DNA of 64,000 nt from a virus. Positions 1 through 9,485 of the stretch are shown piece by piece; positions within the stretch are counted from its first letter, which is position 1; each line of letters starts with the position of its first letter. Below the pieces are notes generated by a model. The model was not told the DNA's origin. It made no database searches and saw only the letters and a program-made list of their open reading frames with translations. The translations under genes were made by a program, and so were the position numbers. Location of the stretch: the IMG/VR virus record IMGVR_UViG_3300045988_165212. The stretch is one strand, 5' to 3'.

Positions 1-2312
1 GGAACAACGAGGCATGCGACAGCGTCTTTGTTGAAACCGAAGTGAAGAACTATTCCGACCATGAGCAGACCATCGAGGTAATCAGCAAACTGGCGCTGAG
101 CAGTGGCAAGACCGCTTTCCGCCAGACCGGAAAGATTACCCTGAAGGCAGGCGAGACCCAGGTGGTCCGTCATCAGGCAAAGGTCAGCGATGCCCATCTG
201 TGGAGCATCACGGATCCTTATCTCTATACCCTTTCCAGTATCATCAAACGAGAGGGCAAGACCATCGATGATGTGGCTACACCTTTCGGCATCCGCACCA
301 TCTCATGGCCGGTACTCCGACAGAAGCAGGCTGCGCTCCGTGGCGATTCAGCCCAGATGGATAAGAAAGACGGCAGATTCTATCTCAATGGCAGTCCGGT
401 TTTCATCAACGGAACCTGCGATTACGAGCACCTCTTCGGTCAGAGTCATGCCTTCTCTCACGAGCAGATTGCCTCCCGTGTCAAGATGATGCGTCAGGCA
501 GGTTTCAATGCCTTCCGTGAGGCTCATCAGCCACATAATCTCTATTATCAGCAGTTGCTGGATGAGCAGGGCATGCTGTTCTGGAGTCAGTTCTCGGCAC
601 ATGTCTGGTATGATACATCCGCCTTCCGCAAGAACTTCAAGCGTCTGCTGCGCCGTTGGATCAAGGAGCGCCGCAATTCGCCTAGCGTCATTCTCTGGGG
701 CATTCAGAACGAGAGTGTGATGCCGAAGGATTTCACCGAGGAGTGTGCTGCCATTATCCGGGAGATGGACCCTACCGCTCAGACCATGCGCGCCATCACG
801 ACCTGTAATGGAGGAGAGGGAAGCGACTGGAATGTGATTCAGAACTGGAGCGGAACCTACGGCGGAACAGCCGATAAATATGATCAGGAATTGAAGCAGC
901 CTAACCAGTTGCTGAATGGTGAATATGGTGCCTGGCGCACGCTCGGTTTCCGCAGTTCCGATGCAGAGAAACTGCATGCCGGTGATGCAAAGGCTCTGTC
1001 AAAAGCCTATACCGAAGATGCCTTTGTATCTCTTCTCGGCAAGAAGGCGATGCTGGCAGAGAGTGCCAGGGACAGCGTCTGCGGCCATTTCCAGTGGCTT
1101 TTCGTGTCGCATGAAAACCCGGGCAGAGTACAGCCGGATGAGGCTTACCGCCGTATCGACAAGGTGGGACCGTTCAATTACAAGGGACTTCTCACGCCTT
1201 GGGAACAGCCTACCGAAGGCTTCTACTGGTATCGCAATCATTATACTAAGGTGCAGCCTGATACGCTTATGCCTACAGCTGCCGACCGCAGCAGAAATCT
1301 TCTGAAACCAGCCGAGGGTTATACCTATCTGTATAGAGTGAACTGTGGCGGTGATGCCGTTACAGACAGTTATGGCAGCGAGTGGGAGCAGGACGACAGC
1401 GTCTATTCTCATTCCTGGGCAGAGCGTTTCGGCATGAATCCGTTTACGGCGAGTCAGGGACATATCACCTCCCGCATTCATGGCTTGAAATCATCATCTG
1501 CAGCCTCTCATCATGCTGCGGCTCATGATGCACAGCTCTTCCAGTATTTCCGTTGGGGCCGTCATGCGCTGAACTATCAGTTTGCCGTTCCGGATGGAGA
1601 ATATCGCGTAGAACTCTATTTTGCTGAGCCTTGGTTGGGCAAGCATGAGGGTGCCGGCATCGATTGTGAAGGCGAGCGCATCTTTGATGTAGCCATCAAC
1701 GATTCCGTGGTAGTAGATGACCTCGACCTTTGGGCTGAGGCTGGCTTTGCGGGAGCCTGCAAGAAGGTGATAGATATCAAGGTAAAGGGCGGTCTGCTGA
1801 CCATTTCTTTCCCGGAAGTAAAGGTGGGAGAGGCAATCATCTCTGCCATCGCCATTGCTGCCAAGGGAGAGATAGGAGATGCAGAAAAGTGGAATGTCGC
1901 CTTCAAGGGCAGCAAGCCTGAGAGCGGAATGAGCAAGACTTACTGGGCTGACCTGGATAAGGATGTGGTAGAGAAATATCCGAAGGAGCTGTTGCCTCAG
2001 GACAACGAAGTATTCCCGGCTGTGCGCTATAAGAGCAAGTCCTCAACCTGGACCATCAATCCTGGTGTAGCCCGCGAATACATGTTGCGTTTCCGCTATA
2101 AGAACACAACCGGTGAGCAACAGGTAGGCAGGTTGAAGATTGTGGACAGCAAGGGCATTGTCCTGCTGGATAGAGACATGACCTTCCCTGAAACGCCGAA
2201 TAAGTTCAAAACCATCGGTACCACTACTGATTCTCAGATCAATGCCGGTACCTATCAGATAATCCTCTCCGGTCTTCCGAACGTTTCGTTCGATTATCTG
2301 GAAGTGCAATAA
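1..2312 (+). CDS. Multidomain GH2-like glycosidase, C-terminal part only (5' end cut by window edge); inverted duplicate of 55813..58124
   Basis: 756-aa ORF identical to the C-terminal 756 aa of the 1329-aa ORF at 55813..59802. GH2-type TIM-barrel motifs (NAFREAHQPH, WGIQNES) and a malectin-like YRVNCGGD segment. Confidence 0.8.
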   Translation, partial: NNEACDSVFVETEVKNYSDHEQTIEVISKLALSSGKTAFRQTGKITLKAGETQVVRHQAKVSDAHLWSITDPYLYTLSSIIKREGKTIDDVATPFGIRTISWPVLRQKQAALRGDSAQMDKKDGRFYLNGSPVFINGTCDYEHLFGQSHAFSHEQIASRVKMMRQAGFNAFREAHQPHNLYYQQLLDEQGMLFWSQFSAHVWYDTSAFRKNFKRLLRRWIKERRNSPSVILWGIQNESVMPKDFTEECAAIIREMDPTAQTMRAITTCNGGEGSDWNVIQNWSGTYGGTADKYDQELKQPNQLLNGEYGAWRTLGFRSSDAEKLHAGDAKALSKAYTEDAFVSLLGKKAMLAESARDSVCGHFQWLFVSHENPGRVQPDEAYRRIDKVGPFNYKGLLTPWEQPTEGFYWYRNHYTKVQPDTLMPTAADRSRNLLKPAEGYTYLYRVNCGGDAVTDSYGSEWEQDDSVYSHSWAERFGMNPFTASQGHITSRIHGLKSSSAASHHAAAHDAQLFQYFRWGRHALNYQFAVPDGEYRVELYFAEPWLGKHEGAGIDCEGERIFDVAINDSVVVDDLDLWAEAGFAGACKKVIDIKVKGGLLTISFPEVKVGEAIISAIAIAAKGEIGDAEKWNVAFKGSKPESGMSKTYWADLDKDVVEKYPKELLPQDNEVFPAVRYKSKSSTWTINPGVAREYMLRFRYKNTTGEQQVGRLKIVDSKGIVLLDRDMTFPETPNKFKTIGTTTDSQINAGTYQIILSGLPNVSFDYLEVQ

Positions 2313-2485
2313 AAGGAAATCTGCGCCATTTGCGAAATCTGTGTGACTTAAGAATCTCACGCAGATGACGCAGATGGTGCAGATTTTTTTCTATCAGTAT
2401 GGTTAAAATCGTTCTGGTTAGTAAAATGACGTATTATAATTCATTTTAATACCATTATTATGTTTCGGTCTACCCCATACCTACT

Positions 2486-3628
2486 CTATTGCACATTTTC
2501 CCCTATAACTTTTGAATATGGAATCCCATTGACAAATAACGTAAATATCAAGTTTTTTTTATTGACATACCCTAAGTCTATAGCCATATTATACTTACCT
2601 TGTTTCTGTTTGCCTAATTTTCTATTTACCAAAAATATACCATCTTGGGTATAAACTCCATAAGAAATATTCGCATCGTCTAAAAGCGAGTAACTCAAAT
2701 TTACACCTGTATTATTAATATTTACTGAATAGTTATTTGCTTTCAATAAATTTTGGCCTCTATCTTGTTGTTGCAACTTTTGACATTTTCCTTCTTTTGT
2801 TATCTTTCTACGAATTTCCTCATTGATAGAATCATCCGACAATTCGTTTTGCATAAGAACAGAGCAATATAAAGCTGAAGAATTCAAAATACGATTTCTT
2901 CCATTACAGGAAGAGATTGTTTCTAATCTTAAAATAGGATAGCGGTATCCAGGAGCATACCATCTATAAACATCATTTCTAACCAAAGCAGTATCACTCT
3001 TCATAAGACTATCAACTTTGTTATAGGACAATTTAGGAATACTATCCAGTACACCATATTTTTGCAATTCTTTTTCCTTGCCATTAAACAATGAAGATAC
3101 TAATCTTTGATTATGAATCAACAATGTATTTGGCAGAGTATCTCTATCAATAGTTAGCAACGTACCTTTTCCTATGATTTTATACTTATATTTCCCACAA
3201 ATATGCACCAAATCACCATGCACATCGTCACCATGTGCTGAAAACCAACCTTTGCAGGAATCTTGTAAGCATAGGGGATAACGCAAGTCGATTTCGGCTT
3301 CATCATATTTAATTCTAGCTTGCTTATTTTGAAAGGCAACAAGATATAGTCCATCGCCTCGCTCATCATATAAGTATTTTGTTTTACCATCAAAACTGGC
3401 AATAAAAGCCTTTACTGTACTATCCCTATTTGAGAAAAAATGTAAATTTTGCTCATGTGAAAGTAGTTGAGCATCAGAAAAATCCCACATTTCTAGACTA
3501 TCAGAAAGGGAGAAATTTTCTGAAAGTAATAATTCCGAAAACTTTAGGTTATCCCCTATGCGAATTTCATTTTGTCCTAAAATATGTATAGGGAACAATA
3601 ACATAAGCAATAGTATCATTTTATCCAT
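2486..3628 (-). CDS. Secreted hypothetical protein with T9SS-type C-terminal sorting-domain-like tail
   Basis: 380-aa ORF with N-terminal signal peptide (MDKMILLLMLLFPIHILG). The last ~80 aa (NLSYSL..GVYTQDG..YNMAIDL..FTLFVNG) resemble Por/T9SS CTDs. AT-rich, host-like. Confidence 0.6.
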   Translation of the reverse strand: MDKMILLLMLLFPIHILGQNEIRIGDNLKFSELLLSENFSLSDSLEMWDFSDAQLLSHEQNLHFFSNRDSTVKAFIASFDGKTKYLYDERGDGLYLVAFQNKQARIKYDEAEIDLRYPLCLQDSCKGWFSAHGDDVHGDLVHICGKYKYKIIGKGTLLTIDRDTLPNTLLIHNQRLVSSLFNGKEKELQKYGVLDSIPKLSYNKVDSLMKSDTALVRNDVYRWYAPGYRYPILRLETISSCNGRNRILNSSALYCSVLMQNELSDDSINEEIRRKITKEGKCQKLQQQDRGQNLLKANNYSVNINNTGVNLSYSLLDDANISYGVYTQDGIFLVNRKLGKQKQGKYNMAIDLGYVNKKNLIFTLFVNGIPYSKVIGENVQ

Positions 3629-3651
3629 AACAACTATATGTAAAAGTAATT

Positions 3652-4014
3652 TTAATAATCCATAACCATACCTGTCTTTCGATAAAGTTGAATATAAACA
3701 GGCGATTCATAACTGTTACCATATACTTTCCAAGATTTTACATCCTTTACCACCTTTAAAGGATATTCATTCTTCTTCATGTATCCAAAATGAAGTTCAT
3801 CCAATAACATAGAAGCAACTTCTGCCACACACTTAGGTGTAGAAATTATTCCTTCATTGTAAGAATACACAGTATTATCAGACTCATACAATGAATCTGA
3901 TTTACTTTTAAACCACAATTTTTCATTTATTTTTCCTTTATAACAAAACTCAATATTATCAAAACTAAAACTATCTGCCTTAGTCGTAATACCTACTAGA
4001 TAACTACAAAACAT
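3652..4014 (-). CDS. Hypothetical protein (120 aa)
   Basis: ORF directly upstream of, and co-oriented with, 2486..3628. No recognisable motif. Confidence 0.45.
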   Translation of the reverse strand: MFCSYLVGITTKADSFSFDNIEFCYKGKINEKLWFKSKSDSLYESDNTVYSYNEGIISTPKCVAEVASMLLDELHFGYMKKNEYPLKVVKDVKSWKVYGNSYESPVYIQLYRKTGMVMDY

Positions 4015-4250
4015 CCCAATAATTAAAGGGCACAGAACGAAGCGTATATAAAGCCTTATGCCTAAATATCGGGTGAAGTATTTGAAATATAGTTAGTTAC
4101 GATAATCTTGCATGAATAGCGACACAAAACGAAACGTTTACATGGGTTTAATTTTGGTTTAATTCTGTGGCCTCCTGGCTTGCGTTTGAGGGCGGTAGGA
4201 TTGAATGAGGTTTACAAACGGCTTACATGAGGATGATGGGACTTGTGCAT

Positions 4251-4277
4251 GGGTGGCAATCGCTACCCTTTATTTTT
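4251..4277 (+). terminator. Orphan intrinsic terminator (7-bp stem gggtggc/gctaccc, loop aatc, T-run tttattttt)
   Basis: Hairpin and T-run read directly. No + strand ORF of 60 aa or more in 4015..4250. Confidence 0.5.
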
Positions 4278-4330
4278 GCCCTTTTATGATTATTTAAAAT
4301 GCAAAATTATTCCATATAATTATTATTTGG

Positions 4331-4338
4331 TATATTTG
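4331..4338 (+). promoter_or_regulatory. Bacteroidota -7 promoter box TATATTTG for the 80-aa gene
   Basis: Matches the TAnnTTTG consensus, 24 nt upstream of the ATG at 4362. Confidence 0.5.
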
Positions 4339-4361
4339 CACCGAAATTTAAATGAATAGAT

Positions 4362-4604
4362 ATGGCAAAAGTTATACACGTCCATCTTATTGTGGGCAAA
4401 CATAATGGCTTGAAAGACTTCTACTTTTCAAGCATATCGGCGGTTTACACCGTGCTGACCTCTGAGGAGGTTGGTTGTACCAAGAGTTACTTGCTTCATG
4501 CTGGTCTGTCTGGCAATGGGTCAATAATCACGAAACGAGCTATTATAAAGCAATCTACGCTCATTTCTGGCACTCGCCAAGGGTCTATGAAGGATGATGG
4601 TTAA
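4362..4604 (+). CDS. Small hypothetical protein (80 aa), just outside the phage end
   Basis: ORF with its own -7 box upstream and a hairpin terminator downstream. Confidence 0.55.
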   Translation: MAKVIHVHLIVGKHNGLKDFYFSSISAVYTVLTSEEVGCTKSYLLHAGLSGNGSIITKRAIIKQSTLISGTRQGSMKDDG

Positions 4605-4607
4605 AAT

Positions 4608-4627
4608 GCCGTTAGAACGGCTTATTT
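4608..4627 (+). terminator. Hairpin gccgt-taga-acggc followed by ttattt
   Basis: Read directly, 4 nt after the stop of 4362..4604. Confidence 0.45.
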
Positions 4628-4703
4628 ACGGTGTTCAAACCGAATGTTAACGAGGGGGCTTCACGGCTCCCTTTTTTCATGCTCAAAAGTGGTGATTTTT
4701 GGG

Positions 4704-4761
4704 TAAGGGTTACACTAAGGGTTACAGTTAAGGGTTACACTTTCGAGAATTAAGGGTTACA
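4704..4761 (+). repeat. Four direct copies of TAAGGGTTACA (4704, 4716, 4729, 4751): putative transposase-binding sites of the phage left end
   Basis: Read directly. They sit between host-like DNA and the 3' end of the repressor gene, as the L1-L3 sites do in Mu attL. Confidence 0.6.
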
Positions 4762-4915
4762 AAAGTGGGGTCGTTGGCATACAAAAAGCTGAACGAAGAA
4801 ACTAACCACTTTTTGCGGTTAATTGTGAGGAAACTACCCCTTTCGGAGCAACGATTTTTGAAGTTTACACCTTATTATATATAATATATAGGGCTTTTTG
4901 GGCGATAAAGAGGGG

Positions 4916-4951
4916 GTGACACCCCACTTGGAGTGCCAAAGGGGGTGTCAC
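4916..4951 (-). terminator. Terminator-like hairpin after the repressor gene (10-bp stem gtgacacccc/ggggtgtcac, 16-nt loop)
   Basis: Perfect 10-bp inverted repeat read directly, 8 nt downstream of the repressor stop. The T-tract is weak. Confidence 0.45.
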
Positions 4952-4958
4952 TATGGGG

Positions 4959-5669
4959 TTAAAAGAACTTGCTTATGCTACCAATGACCTCAAAGATATT
5001 CAATATCCTTGATTTCGGGTATTCTTGTTCATCGTATTCTTGCAAGTTGATTGGGATGAAACGGAACTTGTCAGGATCATCAGACTTGCGCAATATCTTG
5101 ATGGTTCGTATCGTGTCAAGCACAACAGCGTATATTTCGCCATACTGAACATCATCCAGCGTACATTGGCGAAGAGCAATGATGTCGCCATGATTGATTT
5201 TTGGCTCCATTGAATGGCCAGTGACATTGCACCATAAATCAGCTTTCTCAAAACCACGGATGACAATGTTGGTTGCAGGAACACTAACCTGAGAGTTTAG
5301 TATCTCTGTGAAGCCACCAATGAAATCTACATCATAGTATGGCTTACCAACATCTGGATCATCAGCGAGCTTTGGAGTGTTGAGTGTTAAACTTTCTTTA
5401 TTGTGCGAAATGTTTTGCTCATTTTCTTTGCAGATAGATTCAAAATGCTTATCTGAACACCTATTTCTAAACATTTCGCCCTCTCCAGTGAGAAGCCAAT
5501 CGCCTGAGATATATTCGCATTTTGAATATATCAACTCCGTATCAAAAGAACCTCTAAGCAACCAAGTATTGATTGTTTGAGGCTTAACGCCTATCTTTTC
5601 GGCAAATTTCGCCTTTATTCCACCAGAATAGTAGTCTATCAAAGCGTTTAATATCTCTATCTTATTCAT
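4959..5669 (-). CDS. Phage repressor: HTH plus LexA/CI-type S24 autopeptidase
   Basis: 236 aa. N-terminal HTH (AKFAEKIGVKPQTINTWL) and C-terminal S24 motifs (GHSMEP..GDIIAL, ..IKILRK). Divergent from the early operon. Confidence 0.85.
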   Translation of the reverse strand: MNKIEILNALIDYYSGGIKAKFAEKIGVKPQTINTWLLRGSFDTELIYSKCEYISGDWLLTGEGEMFRNRCSDKHFESICKENEQNISHNKESLTLNTPKLADDPDVGKPYYDVDFIGGFTEILNSQVSVPATNIVIRGFEKADLWCNVTGHSMEPKINHGDIIALRQCTLDDVQYGEIYAVVLDTIRTIKILRKSDDPDKFRFIPINLQEYDEQEYPKSRILNIFEVIGSISKFF

Positions 5670-5716
5670 ATTGCGTATAAATTATATTCATTACGCGAAA
5701 ATAATCGCTTTAAAAT

Positions 5717-5747
5717 TTTGCAGATATATTCAAAATGCTTATCTTTG
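5717..5747 (+). promoter_or_regulatory. Early promoter/operator: 28-nt operator-like repeat overlapping a -7 box TATCTTTG (5740..5747)
   Basis: The sequence tttgcagatatattcaaaatgcttatct recurs at 5427..5454 with one mismatch. The TAnnTTTG match lies about 105 nt upstream of the first early gene. Confidence 0.5.
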
Positions 5748-5852
5748 CACCGTGTTACTAAAGGAACACAGCGCCAAAGATACAAAAAAGGCGTGAGAAA
5801 GACGAATTTTGCATCTTAAAAAGATAAAACAAGATTTGTATAACGATTAAAA

Positions 5853-6302
5853 ATGGAAGCAATGAAAAAGTACATTGACGTAACAAGAGAAGTTCGCCAG
5901 GACATCATGGCAGCGTTCAACGTTACAGGGAAAATGGTTTATTATGCCCTGAACTTTGATGCGAAGCGTGGCGAAAGTGACAAGGCAAAGCGCATCCGTG
6001 TATATGCCAAGCAGAAAGGTGGCATTGTGATGATAGTTGCCCCAGAGGTTGAGACCATCCATGATGCAGATGGCTATATGCGCCAATACTTCCCCAATGG
6101 TGCAATGATTGAGTGCAACAAAGCCAATGGCAATGTGGATGTGTTCTACAAGGGCAAGATGATGAAGCAATACCAGGATGTGAAAATCAAGCAACTGGAA
6201 GAAATCCAAAGCATCTTTGCTGCATGGACACAGAGGGATGCCGACATCTTGACTACCCCAGAGCTTTACAAAAAGTACGCAAGACCTGTTTGTGCCGAAT
6301 AA
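5853..6302 (+). CDS. First early-operon protein (Ner/Cro position), hypothetical
   Basis: 149-aa ORF immediately upstream of the transposase and divergent from the repressor. Assignment is by position only. Confidence 0.5.
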   Translation: MEAMKKYIDVTREVRQDIMAAFNVTGKMVYYALNFDAKRGESDKAKRIRVYAKQKGGIVMIVAPEVETIHDADGYMRQYFPNGAMIECNKANGNVDVFYKGKMMKQYQDVKIKQLEEIQSIFAAWTQRDADILTTPELYKKYARPVCAE

Positions 6303-6317
6303 TCAAGGAGGTGAGAA

Positions 6318-8315
6318 ATGGAGTATTACGGTAACACACTTTGCATTTCAGCACGTGAGCTTGTTGACGGTGGCATAATGACTGCCTCGAACTACAAGCA
6401 GCTATCTGCCAGGAAGCGCATCAATGTGGTGCGTAGCGGTAAGGGGCAAGGACGTTATGCTCTGGTTGCCGTTGATAGCATTCCTACCATCTACCGCAAA
6501 ATGGTGGATGAACTTTATCCTGGTGGTGACACTGTGAGACTGGAGGGTTGGATAACGTCCAACTATGAGACCGACCAAGCAGCCGTTGCTTTCTTCAACG
6601 ACCGTGCCAAGACTGGGCTTGACCTCACACAAGAGAAAGTGAAGGAATATGTGGTGAATGCCTCTGTTCTGAACACTTGCATCAAGCTCTACAACCGTGC
6701 AAGCGCATCAAAGAAGCTGATGGGAGAAAAATACGACTGGGAAAAGATGGCAACCACCATCAAAACACTCAAAGAGAAATTTGGCCATACGCTACCTGCT
6801 TCAACCATGCGATTCAGAAAGAAAGTAGCCGAATACAAGAAGTTTGGCTATGCCTGTCTGATAAGTGGCAAGTTCGGAAACCAAAGCGCACGCAAGGTTG
6901 ATTACAAGACGGAACGCTTGATTTTGGGCTTGGCAGTACTTCCTAACAAGCCATTCAACACAAGTGTCTTGGAACTATACAATTCGTTTGTTTGTGGTGA
7001 AATAGAGGTCTATGATCCTGAAACTGGAGAACTATTCAACCCCGATGATTTCACAGACAAGAGCGGTGAACCAAAGGTTTTGAGTGAATCGACAATCACC
7101 AACTACTTGAACCGACCGAAAAACAAGGTGCTAATTGAACATGAACTTATGAGTTACACCACCTTCATGCACGAACAGATGCCGCACATGCACCGCCATG
7201 CAGGTGAGTTCTCTTTGAGCCAAATCACAATGGATGACGTGGACTTGACACGAAAGTTGAAAGACACCAAGCAGAGGGTTCACGCTTACTATGCTTATGA
7301 TGTGGTCAGCCAATGTGTGATTGGCGCATCTTACGCAAGGAAAAAGGATGAAATCCTGGTGCTTGACTGCTTTAGGGATATGTTCCGACTGATAGAACGC
7401 AATGGTTGGGGTATGCCAGCAGGTATTGAGGTTGAGAATCACTTGATGTCGCAATACAAGGACGGATTTCTGCAAGCAGGTGTCGCATTCCCATTCGTTC
7501 ATTTCTGTGCGCCTCAGAACTCGCAAGAGAAATATGCAGAGAACTTGAACGGTGCGAAGAAACGCAGCATCATCCACAAGAACCATGAAGGCATTGGCCG
7601 TTTCTATGGAAAAGGCAAGTGGCGCACGGAAAGCAAGAAAATCAGTGACGAAACCAACGAGCTTTATGAGGATAAGGAATATTTCAGCTATGATCAACTG
7701 ATAGCTGATGACCGCCAAGACAACTATGAGTGGAATCACAGCTTGCACCCGAATCAAAAGAAGTACCCTGGTATGAGCAGATGGGACGTTCTTGTTGCCA
7801 ACATCAATCCAACCCTTCAACCGCTTGACAAACTTACGCTTGCAAGATACATTGGTGAGAGAGTGGAAACAAGCATCAGAAGAAACTCCACCGTAAGAGT
7901 GGCATACGAAGATTGGTGGTTGAGCAAGACCGAAAAGCTGGAACGTCTGGAGCCAAACAACAATAAGGTGACGGCATACTACATTCCAGATGCAGACGGC
8001 AAGCCACAAGAGGTGTTCATCTTTCAAGGTGACAGATTCATTGACCAAGTGGAACGAGTGGAAACCTACAACCGTGTGATGGCAGAACAGACTGATGAAG
8101 ACTTGGAGAAATACCAAGCACAACAGAAGAAAGTTGCCTCGTTTACAAAATACGTCAAGGACAATGCCATTGGCAAGGTTGGAGTGATGAAGGTGGAAAA
8201 GAAACAGGAAGACATTGATGAATGTCTGGTGCTTCCACCGCCAAAGATAGAGGAACCCGATGAAGACCATCAAGAGGAAATGTCCATCGAGGAACGAGCT
8301 TTGGCCGACATTTAG
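6318..8315 (+). CDS. DDE transposase (MuA-like function)
   Basis: 665 aa. Candidate D,D,E triad (ITMDDVD, YAYDVVS, GIEVENH). It is followed by a MuB-like ATPase, giving Mu-type synteny. Confidence 0.75.
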   Translation: MEYYGNTLCISARELVDGGIMTASNYKQLSARKRINVVRSGKGQGRYALVAVDSIPTIYRKMVDELYPGGDTVRLEGWITSNYETDQAAVAFFNDRAKTGLDLTQEKVKEYVVNASVLNTCIKLYNRASASKKLMGEKYDWEKMATTIKTLKEKFGHTLPASTMRFRKKVAEYKKFGYACLISGKFGNQSARKVDYKTERLILGLAVLPNKPFNTSVLELYNSFVCGEIEVYDPETGELFNPDDFTDKSGEPKVLSESTITNYLNRPKNKVLIEHELMSYTTFMHEQMPHMHRHAGEFSLSQITMDDVDLTRKLKDTKQRVHAYYAYDVVSQCVIGASYARKKDEILVLDCFRDMFRLIERNGWGMPAGIEVENHLMSQYKDGFLQAGVAFPFVHFCAPQNSQEKYAENLNGAKKRSIIHKNHEGIGRFYGKGKWRTESKKISDETNELYEDKEYFSYDQLIADDRQDNYEWNHSLHPNQKKYPGMSRWDVLVANINPTLQPLDKLTLARYIGERVETSIRRNSTVRVAYEDWWLSKTEKLERLEPNNNKVTAYYIPDADGKPQEVFIFQGDRFIDQVERVETYNRVMAEQTDEDLEKYQAQQKKVASFTKYVKDNAIGKVGVMKVEKKQEDIDECLVLPPPKIEEPDEDHQEEMSIEERALADI

Positions 8316-8359
8316 ACATCATCCAAACATCATTATAATAACGATTAAAGATTACAGCT

Positions 8360-9235
8360 ATGATAATAACAGAAGCTACAAAGAAAAAGATATTGGCAGC
8401 GATAGCAGCCAACAGGTCAAACTATCCAAGTGACGCAAAGCACGCAACCGCCATTGGTATCTCTACATCCATCTACAGCATGTTGAAGAATGGCCAGACA
8501 GAGAAGGCTCTGAGTGATGCAAACTGGCTGAGCATTGCAAGAAAGTTGAATGTAGCCTTGCGTGATGAAATGGAATGGAAGGCAGCAGCAACGGAAACCT
8601 TCAAGTATATCACCAAGCAGATAGAGTTTTGCCAAGGCTCTGGACAAAGCAGCATCCTTTGTGATATACCCAACATAGGTAAAACGTTCACGGCACGCTA
8701 TTATGTGCAAGGACACAAGAACGCTGTTTATATCGACTGTTCACAGGTGAAAACCAAATTGAAGTTAGTTCGCAAAATAGCATCTGAGTTTGGCGTGGAT
8801 AGCAAAGGACATTATGCTGATGTGTATGAAGACTTGGTTTATTACCTTCGTTCCATCGAACACCCTCTTATCATCCTTGATGAAGCTGGTGATTTGCAGT
8901 ATGAGGCATTCTTGGAACTCAAAGCCCTTTGGAATGCAACGGAACGCTGTTGTGCTTGGTACATGATGGGAGCGGACGGATTGAAGGAAAAAATCAACCG
9001 TTCCATTGAGTGCAAGAAAGTTGGTTATACAGAAATGCTGAGCCGTTACGGTGGCAGGTATTCCAAGGTTACACCAGACGATGGCAAAGAACGTGATAAG
9101 TTCTTGCGACATCAAGCGGAAGTCGTTGCAAAGGTGAACGCTCCTGAGGGTGCTGACATCGCAACCATCGTAAGAAAAACAAACGGCGGTTTGCGCCGTG
9201 TCTATACTGAGATTGAGAAACTGAAACTTGCATGA
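8360..9235 (+). CDS. MuB-like AAA+ ATPase / transposition target-DNA activator
   Basis: 291 aa. N-terminal HTH-like region, Walker A (PNIGKTF) and Walker B (LIILDEAGD). Located directly after the transposase. Confidence 0.75.
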   Translation: MIITEATKKKILAAIAANRSNYPSDAKHATAIGISTSIYSMLKNGQTEKALSDANWLSIARKLNVALRDEMEWKAAATETFKYITKQIEFCQGSGQSSILCDIPNIGKTFTARYYVQGHKNAVYIDCSQVKTKLKLVRKIASEFGVDSKGHYADVYEDLVYYLRSIEHPLIILDEAGDLQYEAFLELKALWNATERCCAWYMMGADGLKEKINRSIECKKVGYTEMLSRYGGRYSKVTPDDGKERDKFLRHQAEVVAKVNAPEGADIATIVRKTNGGLRRVYTEIEKLKLA

Positions 9236-9483
9236 TTATGGGAAATAAGATAACGGTAACGTTCAATGATGGAAGCCGTAAGGTATTGAAATCACCAGAC
9301 ACATTGCAAAGCATTGATGAAAAACGTGAAGCTCGTTTTGTCATGGACAATTTAAAAGTATGCAGAGGATGGTGTGATGGTGAGGTTGATGAAGATGGTA
9401 ACTTTAGTGTATTTAGAACCATTCATGGTGTATCACTTCCGTTTGAACATTTGATGGGTTGGTGTTATATAAAAGGTAGATAA
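9232..9483 (+). CDS. Hypothetical early protein (83 aa)
   Basis: ORF with ATGA overlap to the preceding gene. Confidence 0.5.
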   Translation: MIMGNKITVTFNDGSRKVLKSPDTLQSIDEKREARFVMDNLKVCRGWCDGEVDEDGNFSVFRTIHGVSLPFEHLMGWCYIKGR

Positions 9484-9485
9484 TT

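Noticed and set aside
4876-4893. AT-only palindrome ttatatataatatata near the repressor 3' end
   Set aside because: Low-complexity AT sequence. It could be a bend or IHF-type site, but nothing in the sequence distinguishes it from chance in AT-rich DNA.
7131-8273. 380-aa ORF antisense to the transposase. Similar long antisense ORFs occur at 49852..50994, 58276..59772, 29054..29986, 15877..16734 and elsewhere.
   Set aside because: These are shadow ORFs on the opposite strand of strongly supported genes. They have low-complexity, Cys/His/Leu-rich composition and no motifs.
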